Assembly (NCBI GenBank): GCA_022071975.1
Contig: JAJVIO010000034.1
Span: 5,853 to 69,852, forward strand
Direction of reading: 5' to 3'
DNA length: 64,000 nucleotides
DNA from: Planctomycetota bacterium
Lineage (GTDB): Bacteria; Planctomycetota; UBA8742; UBA2392
In this document: positions 52,561 to 61,486 of the stretch, one piece after another
Position numbering within the stretch: position 1 is the first letter of the stretch
Layout: every line of letters starts with the position of its first letter
Notes under the pieces: model-generated
The model's database searches: none
Told to the model about the DNA's origin: nothing
Seen by the model: only the letters and a program-made list of their open reading frames with translations
Position numbers and translations under genes: made by a program

Positions 52561-52990
52561 TCTCGGCCTCCTTCAGTTGCAACGCCGCCATGGAGCGCTG
52601 GTATTCCGCACGGCGGATCAGCCGGCGGCCAGTTTCGCCCAAGCGACGCTGGTTGAGCAGCCAGCCCCAGGCGAAGTTCAGCGCGCCAAGTGCCAGCATG
52701 AAGCCCAGCATTGCCCAGTTCCCCAGCGATACACCTTCCGGCCCTGCGCGAAACGCGCCAAGCACAACCCGGCCCAGCGCGGCGGTTCCCAGTACCAGCA
52801 GGACAAGCACCCCGGATGCCAGCCACACGCCGCGACGCCCGCGAACGATTACCACCTTACCTTGTTGCTCCAGGGCGTCCGCATCGCGCAGGCTGCTGAC
52901 CAACGTGGATTGCCTGATGTGCTGACGCTGCTGCAGGGCGGCATGGGCGCCGCTTTCGGTATAAGGATCGCCAGTGCGCTCCTGCGCCAT
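52544..52990 (-). CDS. hypothetical membrane protein
   Basis: Two TM helices (WLASGVLVLLVLGTAALG and WAMLGFMLALGALNFAWGWLL). Confidence 0.5.
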   Translation of the reverse strand: MAQERTGDPYTESGAHAALQQRQHIRQSTLVSSLRDADALEQQGKVVIVRGRRGVWLASGVLVLLVLGTAALGRVVLGAFRAGPEGVSLGNWAMLGFMLALGALNFAWGWLLNQRRLGETGRRLIRRAEYQRSMAALQLKEAENDRLR

Positions 52991-53029
52991 GGGCGTATTG
53001 TACGCGGGAAAGAACGCCGAATACCAAGG

Positions 53030-53509
53030 TTAATCGATGCGGGCGATCAGGCGACCCTGCGCGTCGCGATAGACCGGTTCACCCTTCTCATTCTTCGTCG
53101 GGTAAGCCAGCCGCACCGTCGTGCCGTACGTCCAGCGGTTCATGCGTTCGTCGAGGCGTCGCTGCTCGAACTCAAAGTCGTCCGACTCGCTCTCGCCCGC
53201 CAGGGCTACGGTTTCGCGCCGGTCCGCGGCCTCGATCACAAGCGTCACGGAATTCACCCAGCGCAGCACCGTGCCTTCCGTGGGCGCCGGCGCCTGCTCG
53301 GTGCTGTTCCAGTTGTTGGCGGCCGGCCGTTCGCGCTCGACCTGCGCTGATTCACCGGCGTTGCCCTGCTTCTGCTCGCCTTCGTTGGCACGGGGGTCTT
53401 CACCGCGCCTGATGGCCTCAAGCTCGGCGGGCGTGGGTTCATAGCCCAGCACGGCCATACAGCCGGCAGTGGTGAGCATCAGGCACAGGCAGGTCAGCAG
53501 TCGCAGCAT
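53030..53509 (-). CDS. hypothetical lipoprotein
   Basis: MLRLLTCLCLMLTTAGC lipobox. The C-terminal OB/SNase-like feel is uncertain. Confidence 0.55.
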   Translation of the reverse strand: MLRLLTCLCLMLTTAGCMAVLGYEPTPAELEAIRRGEDPRANEGEQKQGNAGESAQVERERPAANNWNSTEQAPAPTEGTVLRWVNSVTLVIEAADRRETVALAGESESDDFEFEQRRLDERMNRWTYGTTVRLAYPTKNEKGEPVYRDAQGRLIARID

Positions 53510-53597
53510 GACGGAATGGTAGCGGGGCTGCGCCATGCGGCAAGCACAGGAACGCAAAACGGCGCCTGCCGGCGCCGTTCTGGTGAATCGGGTCATG

Positions 53598-55073
53598 CTA
53601 GGCCGCGCGACGACGCAGCACCGCGGGCATCAGCGCTACCAGCGCAAACAGCATCCACCAGGCGCTGCCATGCCCGGCCGAGCAACCGGCGCCACCCCCT
53701 GCGCCTGTGCCGCTGCCTGTACCGACCGATCCTCCGCCGCTGCTGGCGTTCTGGCCGATGCCGGTGAGATTGACGCGGAACGGCTCACGCTCGGAGCCGT
53801 CGGAATGTGGAATCTCGAGCACCGCGCTGCGCACGCCGTCGGCCAGCGGGCTGAAGCGCACCGTTAAGCTGACCGTGCCGGCCGAGCTGACGGTGGTAGA
53901 GAAGCCGGTCAGGTCCAGGCTGAAGTCGGAGTGGCCGACCAGTGAGGGCGTGCCCAGTGCCAGGTCCGCGCCGGGCTGGTATCCGGTCCAAAGAAAGTCG
54001 CCCACATCGGCGTTGGCGATAGTGAGTGTGAATGAGGCCGTGTTACCGCCGTCCACGGTGCCGAAGTCACGAGGCCCGGCCGCGGCGGCGTTTTCAGCCA
54101 GGTGCGTGCCGATGTACTGCGGAACCATGCCCGTGTTGTCAAACCAAGGGCCTGTGCTGTCGCTGACGCGGATCTGGTCGGACTCAACAATACCCTCGCC
54201 TTTGAACTCGATGCGGAAGGGGCTGGCATGGAAACCGTCGTCCTGGGTGAACTCAAGTACCGCGGTGTGAACACCCGCCACGAACGGGTCAAAGCGCACA
54301 GTGAACAGCGTTCCGTAAGTCGGTGACAGGGTTCCGGTGAAACCCGTAAGGTCCAGCTCGAACTGGTTGTTGCCACTGATCCAGGCCGGGGTGCCGATGT
54401 GCAGGTCGCCGGCGCCGGCAGCACCCGCGTTGAAAATACCGATCGTGATCGAGTCAGTAGCGCCGGCTGACAGCTTGCGCTTGCCGAATTGCCGCCCGCC
54501 CACAGCCGGCAGATCATGGTAGACCTTGGTACTGTTCAACGGGAAGTTCTCCAGCACGTTGATAACCGGCACCGGCGAAGCGACGCCCAGACCCGTAAGG
54601 TTGATCACGAAGTCCGTGTATACGCCCGGGTTGACATAAGGGTTCTCCTCATAGCTGAAGGTGACTTGGCCAGTCTTCACTCCAGCCGACTGCGGCGAGC
54701 AGGAAATCCAGAACTCCGTGCTGGCGCCGACCTGAAGGCTGTTGCTGAAGGCGCCGGTTGCGACGGTGAATTCGCTGCCGCCCGTGGTGACGGTCGGCGT
54801 GGTCATGTTCAGCACCGCGCCGCCAAACATGCCATCCTCATTGGTAATGCGGATTTTGACCCACGGCGACAACTGCCCCACCAGCGCGGGCGGGCAGGCG
54901 CGACCGAATTCGGCGGCCATGTTGTTCACCACGGTGCAGAGTGCTACGCCGTTGGAGGTCTCCTGAACATGCATGTTCGGAGTTGCTGTTGCCGGAGCCG
55001 TAGGTTGCGGATTGGCCGCAAGAACCGGCAGCCAAAGCACGGCCGCCAAAAGTAACGCTGCCCAGTACCTCAT
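53598..55073 (-). CDS. secreted surface protein with choice-of-anchor-D-like repeats and a MYXO-CTERM-like C-terminal anchor
   Basis: Signal peptide. Repeated units F(G)..(L/V)..G...S.T(L/I)(T/G)I.N.G...L. Tail GAGGGAGCSAGHGSAWWMLFALVALMPAVLRRRAA. Confidence 0.7.
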   Translation of the reverse strand: MRYWAALLLAAVLWLPVLAANPQPTAPATATPNMHVQETSNGVALCTVVNNMAAEFGRACPPALVGQLSPWVKIRITNEDGMFGGAVLNMTTPTVTTGGSEFTVATGAFSNSLQVGASTEFWISCSPQSAGVKTGQVTFSYEENPYVNPGVYTDFVINLTGLGVASPVPVINVLENFPLNSTKVYHDLPAVGGRQFGKRKLSAGATDSITIGIFNAGAAGAGDLHIGTPAWISGNNQFELDLTGFTGTLSPTYGTLFTVRFDPFVAGVHTAVLEFTQDDGFHASPFRIEFKGEGIVESDQIRVSDSTGPWFDNTGMVPQYIGTHLAENAAAAGPRDFGTVDGGNTASFTLTIANADVGDFLWTGYQPGADLALGTPSLVGHSDFSLDLTGFSTTVSSAGTVSLTVRFSPLADGVRSAVLEIPHSDGSEREPFRVNLTGIGQNASSGGGSVGTGSGTGAGGGAGCSAGHGSAWWMLFALVALMPAVLRRRAA

Positions 55074-55194
55074 GGAATCTCCCCCTTAGTGTGTGCCTGC
55101 GCGGTCTCCTCAAACCGCTTGCCAAGGGATATGCAACCCGCGTGCCAGAGCGCGTACACGGCCTTTCCCGGCCGGCCGCTACCGGGCGGGAACT

Positions 55195-56643
55195 TCAGGC
55201 GTTACGGCCGAAACGCTGCAGGTACTCTTCCATCCTGCATTTGCGGCGTGTTGAGGCGCTGGTCATATAGCGCACCTTGCCGAATACCGGGCGCTCGGGC
55301 CCCCAGGCGCGGTCAAACAGGCCGAGACACCAGCCGATGCCGCTGTAACTGTTGGGGTCGCGACCATCGAGGGCGTACTTGTTGTTGAGTTGGGTCATGA
55401 TTGCCAGCGCCTGCCGCGGAGACTCGCTCCAGTGCAGGATCTGCTTCCCCCACAGCATGCGCAGGTAGTTGTGTATGCGGCCTTCGATCAACAGCTGGCG
55501 TTGGGCGGCATTCCAGACTTCGTCGTGGGTGTCGGCGTTCTCGAACTGCTCCAGCGTGTAGATGTACGGCCGCTTGTCACTGGCGTGGCGCTTGAGAGTG
55601 GTTTGCGCAAACGAGGGCAGACTGTCGAAGCGGTCGTAGTCCTCAGGGTGCTTGTGGCACCACTGGTAACCCAGCTCGCGCCAGGTGACGAACTGGTCCA
55701 GGAACGCCTCGGCGTTGTCGCTCATCCCCCACCAGCCGCGGCGGCCGTCGGTTTTTCCGGTCAGTTTTCCGGGTGTCCAGTTCTCGCGCCAGGCCACGTT
55801 CTGCAACACCTCCCATGCACTGAGGTGGCCGAAGTGCAGCCAGGGTGAGATGCCGCTGGTGACGTCGTGGTCGGGGTGATTGCGCTCTTCCTCATATACA
55901 CCGAACTGGCGGTCCACCCAGGCGCCCAGGTGAGTCACGGCCGCGTCCCAGCCGCCCGCGATGTTTGTCGCCGGCACGTCGTGGTCGATCGGCAGCTTCG
56001 AGAGTTCAGCAGCGAAACCGGGCGGCCAGCGTTTCAGTACATCTGAAGCTACGCGCACGGGCGGCAGCTTCACGCCCTGCAGCGGGTCTTCCAGCGGTTG
56101 CTGTCCCAGGTGCGCCGGAAGTTCCTTCTGCAGATGGCGCCGGAACGAGTGCGCTACCGTGAACTCACGCCCGGCGGCCCGCAGCGGATACAGGCCATTG
56201 CTGTCCACCTGCTCGAGCCGCACGTCAAGCTGTCCCGCAGCCGCCTCCACCATGTGGGGCAAGAAGAAACACGGAAACTCGTCGGTCACCACGGCCACCG
56301 CGCGCGCGGCCAGGCTCTGCAGCAGGCCCTTGTCCGCGCCATCCGCAAGCTCGACATACGGGAGGTACTCGACGTTGGTCTTGGCAAATGCGCGCGTGTT
56401 GGCTGCCATGCCGTCGATGATGAACTTGTGGATCCGCTCGCTGGCCCAGCGGTACCCGCAACGAAGGGGCTCGAACACCAGCAGACCCTTGCCGTGCTCG
56501 CGCGCGAGTTCAACTGCCCGCTGCAGGCCGAAGTTGTAGCGCGGTCGGCGGGCGGCAATCATCCAGTACAGCACATAGTCGCGCCCCGGGTGCAGGGGCG
56601 CGTCGTTACCGGTTTGGATGCGGAGTGCGGGCACGTTCTGCAT
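55195..56643 (-). CDS. phr: deoxyribodipyrimidine photolyase (class II-like)
   Basis: YVLYWMIAARR N-terminus. C-terminal FAD domain GRIHNYLRMLWGK...DGRDPNSYSGIGW. Confidence 0.85.
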   Translation of the reverse strand: MQNVPALRIQTGNDAPLHPGRDYVLYWMIAARRPRYNFGLQRAVELAREHGKGLLVFEPLRCGYRWASERIHKFIIDGMAANTRAFAKTNVEYLPYVELADGADKGLLQSLAARAVAVVTDEFPCFFLPHMVEAAAGQLDVRLEQVDSNGLYPLRAAGREFTVAHSFRRHLQKELPAHLGQQPLEDPLQGVKLPPVRVASDVLKRWPPGFAAELSKLPIDHDVPATNIAGGWDAAVTHLGAWVDRQFGVYEEERNHPDHDVTSGISPWLHFGHLSAWEVLQNVAWRENWTPGKLTGKTDGRRGWWGMSDNAEAFLDQFVTWRELGYQWCHKHPEDYDRFDSLPSFAQTTLKRHASDKRPYIYTLEQFENADTHDEVWNAAQRQLLIEGRIHNYLRMLWGKQILHWSESPRQALAIMTQLNNKYALDGRDPNSYSGIGWCLGLFDRAWGPERPVFGKVRYMTSASTRRKCRMEEYLQRFGRNA

Positions 56644-56744
56644 GCGGTTCCATTCTCGCGCGACCCTTGTAGCGTATGGCCGCGCTCACTAGCATGACGC
56701 GCCCCGAGCGTAGCGCAAACTTCAGACCCGCACAGGAGCAATCC

Positions 56745-57353
56745 ATGCAGCGTCCCCTGCTCGTGATCGACGTCCAACGCGGCAACATCAGCGAATACAA
56801 TCGCTTCATCCCGAACGGCATTGCCAGCATCATCAAGGCGGAGCTGTTCAACCCCATCATCTTCACGCGCTACATCAACACGCCCGACAGCCCGGCCCGC
56901 CTGTTTCTTGAATCTTCCGACATGAGTGACTTCGGCAGCGCCGGCATCGACGCCAAGATCGGTGAGGTCATGGGCGCCAAGGCCCCGGGGTTGGAGACCT
57001 ACGGCGTAACATCGCTACCTGAAGGCTATGGCGCCACCCGCTACCTGTTGACCAAAAACGTCTACTCAGCCGTAACGCCGGAGTTCGAGGAACTGCTGGG
57101 CGAGCTGGACCTGGAAAACACCGGCATGTACATCGTGGGCGCCGACACCGAGTCCTCGGTACTGAAGACGGCACTCGACCTGTTCGAACGCAGCATCGAA
57201 CCCATTGTGCTGGCCGAGTTCTGCGGCAGCCACCGCGGCCTTGGTAACCACCAGCGAGCACTTGAGCTGCTCAAGGAACTGATCGGTGCCGAGCGGGTGG
57301 TGAACGATTACATGCCGCTACGCCAGCGCTGGGAGCGCTCCAAAAACGCGTAA
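56745..57353 (+). CDS. isochorismatase/cysteine-hydrolase-fold protein (nucleophile position is Ser)
   Basis: LLVIDVQ Asp motif. VGADTESSVLKTALD sits where family members have T-D-x-C-V. Confidence 0.75.
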   Translation: MQRPLLVIDVQRGNISEYNRFIPNGIASIIKAELFNPIIFTRYINTPDSPARLFLESSDMSDFGSAGIDAKIGEVMGAKAPGLETYGVTSLPEGYGATRYLLTKNVYSAVTPEFEELLGELDLENTGMYIVGADTESSVLKTALDLFERSIEPIVLAEFCGSHRGLGNHQRALELLKELIGAERVVNDYMPLRQRWERSKNA

Positions 57354-57517
57354 ACCGTTATTTCCAAAATACTTGCGTCTATCTCCTGCCATGACAATGT
57401 CGTGGTGATGATTCTTCCCGAATTATTGTAGGTTTCCATGCCGTCGCTCCTACACTTATGGCGGTGCAATTCCGCGCACACTTTGTGTGCAGCAGGTTCT
57501 TTGGAGGAGGAACGCGG

Positions 57518-58507
57518 ATGAAACGAATGATTCTTAGCGCCGTTGCCTTCGCGGGCGTCTTCGCCCTCGCTGGCATCGCGGCGCAGCCTCTGTCGGCGGG
57601 CTGATGAGGTGGAGGAGGCGGAGGCGGTGCCTCTGCAGGTGGCGGCGGCGGCGGTGGCGGCAGCGGTGGCTCGTCTGGCGGCGCCAAGGCAGCACTGAAC
57701 AAGAACAAGTACAAGAAGAGCGGCTCAAGCTCGGGCAAAGCCTCGGGCGGGACCGCCGGCAAGAAGAAGCACGGCGGCGAGAGCGGCGACGCGATCATCC
57801 CGGAAGAAGAACTGATCTCCTGGTATCGCGCGGACACCGAGGTGTTCGAGGCGGCCGCCAAGGACAAGGCCCCGATCGTGCTGTACTTCGTCGAGGAAGA
57901 CCTCGACCCGATCGACGCCTCGCGTCAGCTGCATGACGCGGACCTGGCAAAGCTTTCGGACGACAACTTCATCTTCGTGATGATCGAGTACAACCCCGAT
58001 CGCACGCCCTCGTTCGACAACGGTTCGCCGGTTCCGACCAGCAAGCTGCTGAGCCCCAACCCGTCGCGTGACTACAACATCACCAAGTACCCCAGCTACC
58101 TGGTGTGCGACTGGTTCGGCAACGAATACACCCGCTACACCAAGACGCCGGGCGCCAAGGACCTCAAGAAGCAGCTTGAGGGCGTAAGCGACGCCGTGGA
58201 GAAGGCCAACGCCAAGCTGCAGGGCACCCTGGACGAGGCCAAGAAAGCGCTCGAGGCCAAGGACACCCGCAACTTCATGAAGGCCGCGATCAAGAACTTC
58301 AAGACCGGCACGGTGGGCCTTGCCAGCCAGGAAGAGACCATCGCGTTGTACCGCAAGGTGATCGACGAGGCTCGCGAGGAAGTGAACAGTATCCTCGAGA
58401 ACCGCCCGGAAGACGCCAAGGATCGCCTCAAGCAGATGGCGAAGGACTACGGAGAAACCGAACTCGCCACGGAAATCAAGGACGCCCAGAACATCATCAA
58501 GGGCTGA
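57518..58507 (+). pseudogene. secreted thioredoxin-fold-like protein gene interrupted by tandem in-frame TGA TGA (57602-57607)
   Basis: GGAGGAGG SD then ATG 57518 gives MKRMILSAVAFAGVFALAGIAAQPLSAG, followed by TGA TGA. The same frame continues open: GGGGGGASAGGG...KKHGGESGDAIIPEEELISWYRADTE, into track ORF 57842-58507 (KAPIVLYFVEED...YPSYLVCDWFG). Confidence 0.55.
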
Positions 58508-58530
58508 TCTTTGCTGGATTTGCGCCATTC

Positions 58531-58555
58531 CCGGGGACGGCTGAGCCGTCCCCGG
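58531..58555 (+). terminator. hairpin terminator
   Basis: ccggggacggc-tga-gccgtccccgg followed by ctgttt. Confidence 0.6.
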
Positions 58556-58663
58556 CTGTTTAACCCCATGCCAGTATTTTGGCGGCGATGACGCTTGATT
58601 CGCGGGATAGACTCTGCCTGTGACGCATGAAACCGCGCACCGCCGCGGAAGGGAGAGGATGAA

Positions 58664-59440
58664 ATGCGCAAACTGAGCCTGGCGATACTGATGGTCGCGC
58701 CCCTGCTGGCCCTGACCGCCTGCCACCCGCACCACGACGATTATGACGACGATGATGATGTCGTGGTTACTCCCTACGTGCCTGGTGGCGGCGTGGACTG
58801 GGGGCTGTTCAATCACTTCGAGCACGACTTCGCCAGCCGCGACATCTCGGACAGCGTTGACCAGGACGGCTTCGAGTTCGACCTGGCCGAAGACAGCGTG
58901 GTGGTCATCACCATCACCGGCTTCGGCGGCTTCGACGGCTACCTCGACCTTTACTACGACGATTTCAACTTCATCACCGGCGACGATGACGGCGGCCCGG
59001 GCGGCGACGCCGTTCTGGTCGGGTCGCTCTCCGCGGGCGGCTACTTCGTGGTGGTGGGCGGCTCCGGCGCCAGCACAGGCAGCTACGACATTGACATCAG
59101 CGTCGAGCCCATGGGCGGGGCGGACTTCGGCGTGCTTGTGCCCGGCGACAGCTTCATCGACAACGGCGGCGTGATGGACGACTCCTTCGATGTGGACAGC
59201 TACATCTTCACCGTCGAGAGCAACGTGGTGGCGGACTTCTACATGACAACCACCTCGGGGGCCCTGGACCCCAACTTCGAACTGCTGGATGAGTACGGCA
59301 CCGTGATCGTGTTTGATGACCCTGCGGGAAACGCCGACCCCTTCCTGATCAACCAGGCGCTGACCCCGGGGACCTACATCGTGCGGATCGGCACAGCCTC
59401 GGGCAGCGGCGCATACAGCCTGCAGATCGATATCAACTGA
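58664..59440 (+). CDS. lipoprotein with two pre-peptidase C-terminal (PPC)-like domains, Asp-rich
   Basis: LLALTAC lipobox. Two units ending AGGYFVVVGG..TGSYDIDIS and PGTYIVRIGTASGSGAYSLQIDI. Confidence 0.7.
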   Translation: MRKLSLAILMVAPLLALTACHPHHDDYDDDDDVVVTPYVPGGGVDWGLFNHFEHDFASRDISDSVDQDGFEFDLAEDSVVVITITGFGGFDGYLDLYYDDFNFITGDDDGGPGGDAVLVGSLSAGGYFVVVGGSGASTGSYDIDISVEPMGGADFGVLVPGDSFIDNGGVMDDSFDVDSYIFTVESNVVADFYMTTTSGALDPNFELLDEYGTVIVFDDPAGNADPFLINQALTPGTYIVRIGTASGSGAYSLQIDIN

Positions 59441-59468
59441 TGCGCCTGCACCCGGAAGTAATGCAAAA

Positions 59469-59500
59469 AATTGGCCCCTCCGGGGCCAATTTTGCGTTTC
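59469..59500 (+). terminator. rho-independent terminator
   Basis: aattggcccc-tcc-ggggccaatt followed by ttgcgtttc. Confidence 0.75.
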
Positions 59501-59554
59501 GCCCGTGGCGGTCGCGGCTAACATCTTGGCCCTCGTTGCAACCGGTGCAAAGAC

Positions 59555-60244
59555 ATGGAGCCCAGAGAAGCCTGTGCCAAGGCCTCACAACTGGCGCTTG
59601 CAGGAAACCTGCAGGGCGCCATCGACGTACTGGACCCGATTCTCGATGAGTTCCGCGAGTTCGGCCCCGCGTACGCGCTGCATGCCCGCGTGTTCCTGAT
59701 GGCCGGTGACGCCGCGCAGCCGCTGATCGACCTGGACGCGGCGGAGTGGGCCAACCGCGAGTACGGCACAAACCACGACCTGATCGAAGTAACGGAGCTG
59801 CGGGCCATCACCTACGCGATCCGCACCATTTATGGCGGCAAGCAGGAAGCGGCAAAGTGCCGCGAGCAGATCGAGGAACTCATGCGCCAGCGCATTTCGC
59901 CGCAGTCGTGGTGGTTCCTGCCCGCGGCCTGCTACGAACTCGGGTACCGCGAGCCTGATGCCGCGGCCTGGGTCGAAAAGCTGTCCAACTTTCCGCCGCT
60001 GAAGTCGGCGGCCAGCTTCTTCTTCAAGAAGAGCGGCGGCCTGACGCAGTTGCTGGCGATGCCCAAGAATCCCGAGGAAATGATCCCGGTACACTATGCC
60101 CGCCACTATCGGGCGCGGCGTGAGGGCGACCTGAAGGGGGCTGAAAAGTACCGCAAGCGCATGGCGGACCTGATCCAGCCCGGGGACCCCTGGGGCATCG
60201 TAGACCTGTATGCCTCGGGCGCTGTGCACGTGGCCGCGGTTTAG
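59555..60244 (+). CDS. hypothetical TPR-like helical protein
   Basis: ORF with GC3-rich codon usage and helical repeat character. No diagnostic motif. Confidence 0.5.
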   Translation: MEPREACAKASQLALAGNLQGAIDVLDPILDEFREFGPAYALHARVFLMAGDAAQPLIDLDAAEWANREYGTNHDLIEVTELRAITYAIRTIYGGKQEAAKCREQIEELMRQRISPQSWWFLPAACYELGYREPDAAAWVEKLSNFPPLKSAASFFFKKSGGLTQLLAMPKNPEEMIPVHYARHYRARREGDLKGAEKYRKRMADLIQPGDPWGIVDLYASGAVHVAAV

Positions 60245-60354
60245 CATTCCGCCCCTTGACGGATTGCGGCATAACGCTACTGTTTCGCGCCCCGTCGTGA
60301 CCTGCGCGCCATGGCCATGGCGACGGCCTGTGACGGGGTGAATGGAGAGAAGTC

Positions 60355-60609
60355 ATGTCCCGAGTCTGTGAGATCTGCAACAAGAGCGTCCGCGCGGGCG
60401 GCAGCATCTGCCGTCGCGGCCTGGCCAAGAAGAAGGGCGGCGTGGGCAGCCGCGTGATCGCGCGCAACAAGCGCGTGTTCCGCCCCAACCTCAAAAAAGT
60501 GCGCGCCTGGGTGAACGGCGGCGTGCAGCGCATGACCGTGTGCACCAGCTGCCTGCAGGCAGGCAAGGTCACCAAGCCGGTCGCGCGCGAGTACAGCAAG
60601 GCTGAATAG
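60355..60609 (+). CDS. rpmB: 50S ribosomal protein L28
   Basis: MSRVCEICNK...R.FRPNL. Confidence 0.9.
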   Translation: MSRVCEICNKSVRAGGSICRRGLAKKKGGVGSRVIARNKRVFRPNLKKVRAWVNGGVQRMTVCTSCLQAGKVTKPVAREYSKAE

Positions 60610-60629
60610 CTGACAGCAACAAACACACG

Positions 60630-60661
60630 GCCCGCCGCATAGACGGCGGGCTTTTGTGTTT
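60630..60661. terminator. rho-independent terminator after rpmB
   Basis: gcccgccg-cataga-cggcgggc followed by ttttgtgttt. Confidence 0.75.
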
Positions 60662-60677
60662 CCGGGTTGCTGACGGC

Positions 60678-61400
60678 TCAACTCGCGGAATAGCGCCGCT
60701 CGTCGATTACCTCGCGCGGATTGCTGCGCAGGTCAAGCTCATGCAGCACCTCGTCACGCAGCTCCTTTGAAGTCTTGTCCACCCATTCATTCCCGACCTT
60801 CTTGCGCACGGGCAGTCGCAGCACGAAGTCGCCCCTGATGCGGTTGTAGCGGCGCCGAATCTCCTGCAGGAAGTGCAGCTTCTCGGTGCTCTGGGGCGCG
60901 TCGCCGTCGGCGAACATGTACTTCTGGCCCTCCTGTTTCACCCAGCGCTGCCCCATGCCCAGGCTGCGCTTGCGGGTACGCGCCAGGCCGAAACGCGGCG
61001 CGATGTCCAGGATCACCAGCAGGTCGGGCTTGGGGTGCCAGCCCTCATGGCGCTTCAGGATCTCGGTCTCCGGCACGCCCATGGCGCCCTGGTACACCAG
61101 GGTGCTGTACATGCTGCGATCCTGGATCACGTCTTTGCCCTGCTTCAGCGCGGGCTTCACGATCGTGTCGATGTTCATGCGCCGGTCGGTCACGAACATG
61201 CCCAGCCACTCATGCGGCGTCGCCTTGAAACCGCGTGTTGACAGGCGCTCGAGGATCAGCTTGCCGCTGGGCAGGTCCGTGGGCTCGTGGGTCAACAGCA
61301 CGTCTCGGCCGCGCGCGACCAGCGCATCCGCCACCAGTTTCACCAGCGTGGATTTCCCGGTGCCGTCAATGCCTTCAATGATGATGAAACGACCGCTCAT
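60678..61400 (-). CDS. tmk: dTMP kinase (with C-terminal extension)
   Basis: FIIIEGIDGTGKST P-loop, ...DRSMYST..., 240 aa. Confidence 0.85.
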   Translation of the reverse strand: MSGRFIIIEGIDGTGKSTLVKLVADALVARGRDVLLTHEPTDLPSGKLILERLSTRGFKATPHEWLGMFVTDRRMNIDTIVKPALKQGKDVIQDRSMYSTLVYQGAMGVPETEILKRHEGWHPKPDLLVILDIAPRFGLARTRKRSLGMGQRWVKQEGQKYMFADGDAPQSTEKLHFLQEIRRRYNRIRGDFVLRLPVRKKVGNEWVDKTSKELRDEVLHELDLRSNPREVIDERRYSAS

Positions 61401-61486
61401 GAGAGGTCAGAGGTTAGAGGCCGGAAGTCAGGGACGCCATAGCCGAAAGCACCCTGACCTCTGATCCCTGATAGCTGACCTCTGAA
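61401..61486. repeat. entire 86-nt spacer = 12 heptamers in dyad symmetry (NAGAGGN ... ACCTCTG)
   Basis: gagaggt cagaggt tagaggc cggaagt cagggac gccatag ccgaaag caccctg acctctg atccctg atagctg acctctg. Confidence 0.85.

Noticed and set aside
57602-57607. Selenocysteine or stop-codon reassignment at TGA-TGA
   Set aside because: There is no convincing SECIS-like hairpin immediately downstream, only a weak 5-bp gaggc/gcctc stem. Two adjacent Sec codons are implausible, and TGA terminates other genes in the window.
57604-57936. 110-aa ORF MRWRRRRRCLCRWRRRRW...
   Set aside because: It is an Arg-rich off-frame reading of a GGC/GGT-rich linker. The 57518 frame has coding-like composition and continuity with the downstream domain.
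57725-59524. 599-aa minus-strand ORF
   Set aside because: Antisense to two plus-strand genes that have signal peptides, SDs and terminators. It has shadow-ORF composition.
60256-60283. Sigma-70 promoter (ttgacg-N16-tactgt) upstream of rpmB, and similar guesses at 37809 and 51810
   Set aside because: These are plausible hexamers, but promoter consensus for this lineage is unknown to me, and such matches are frequent by chance. I have not reported them as features.
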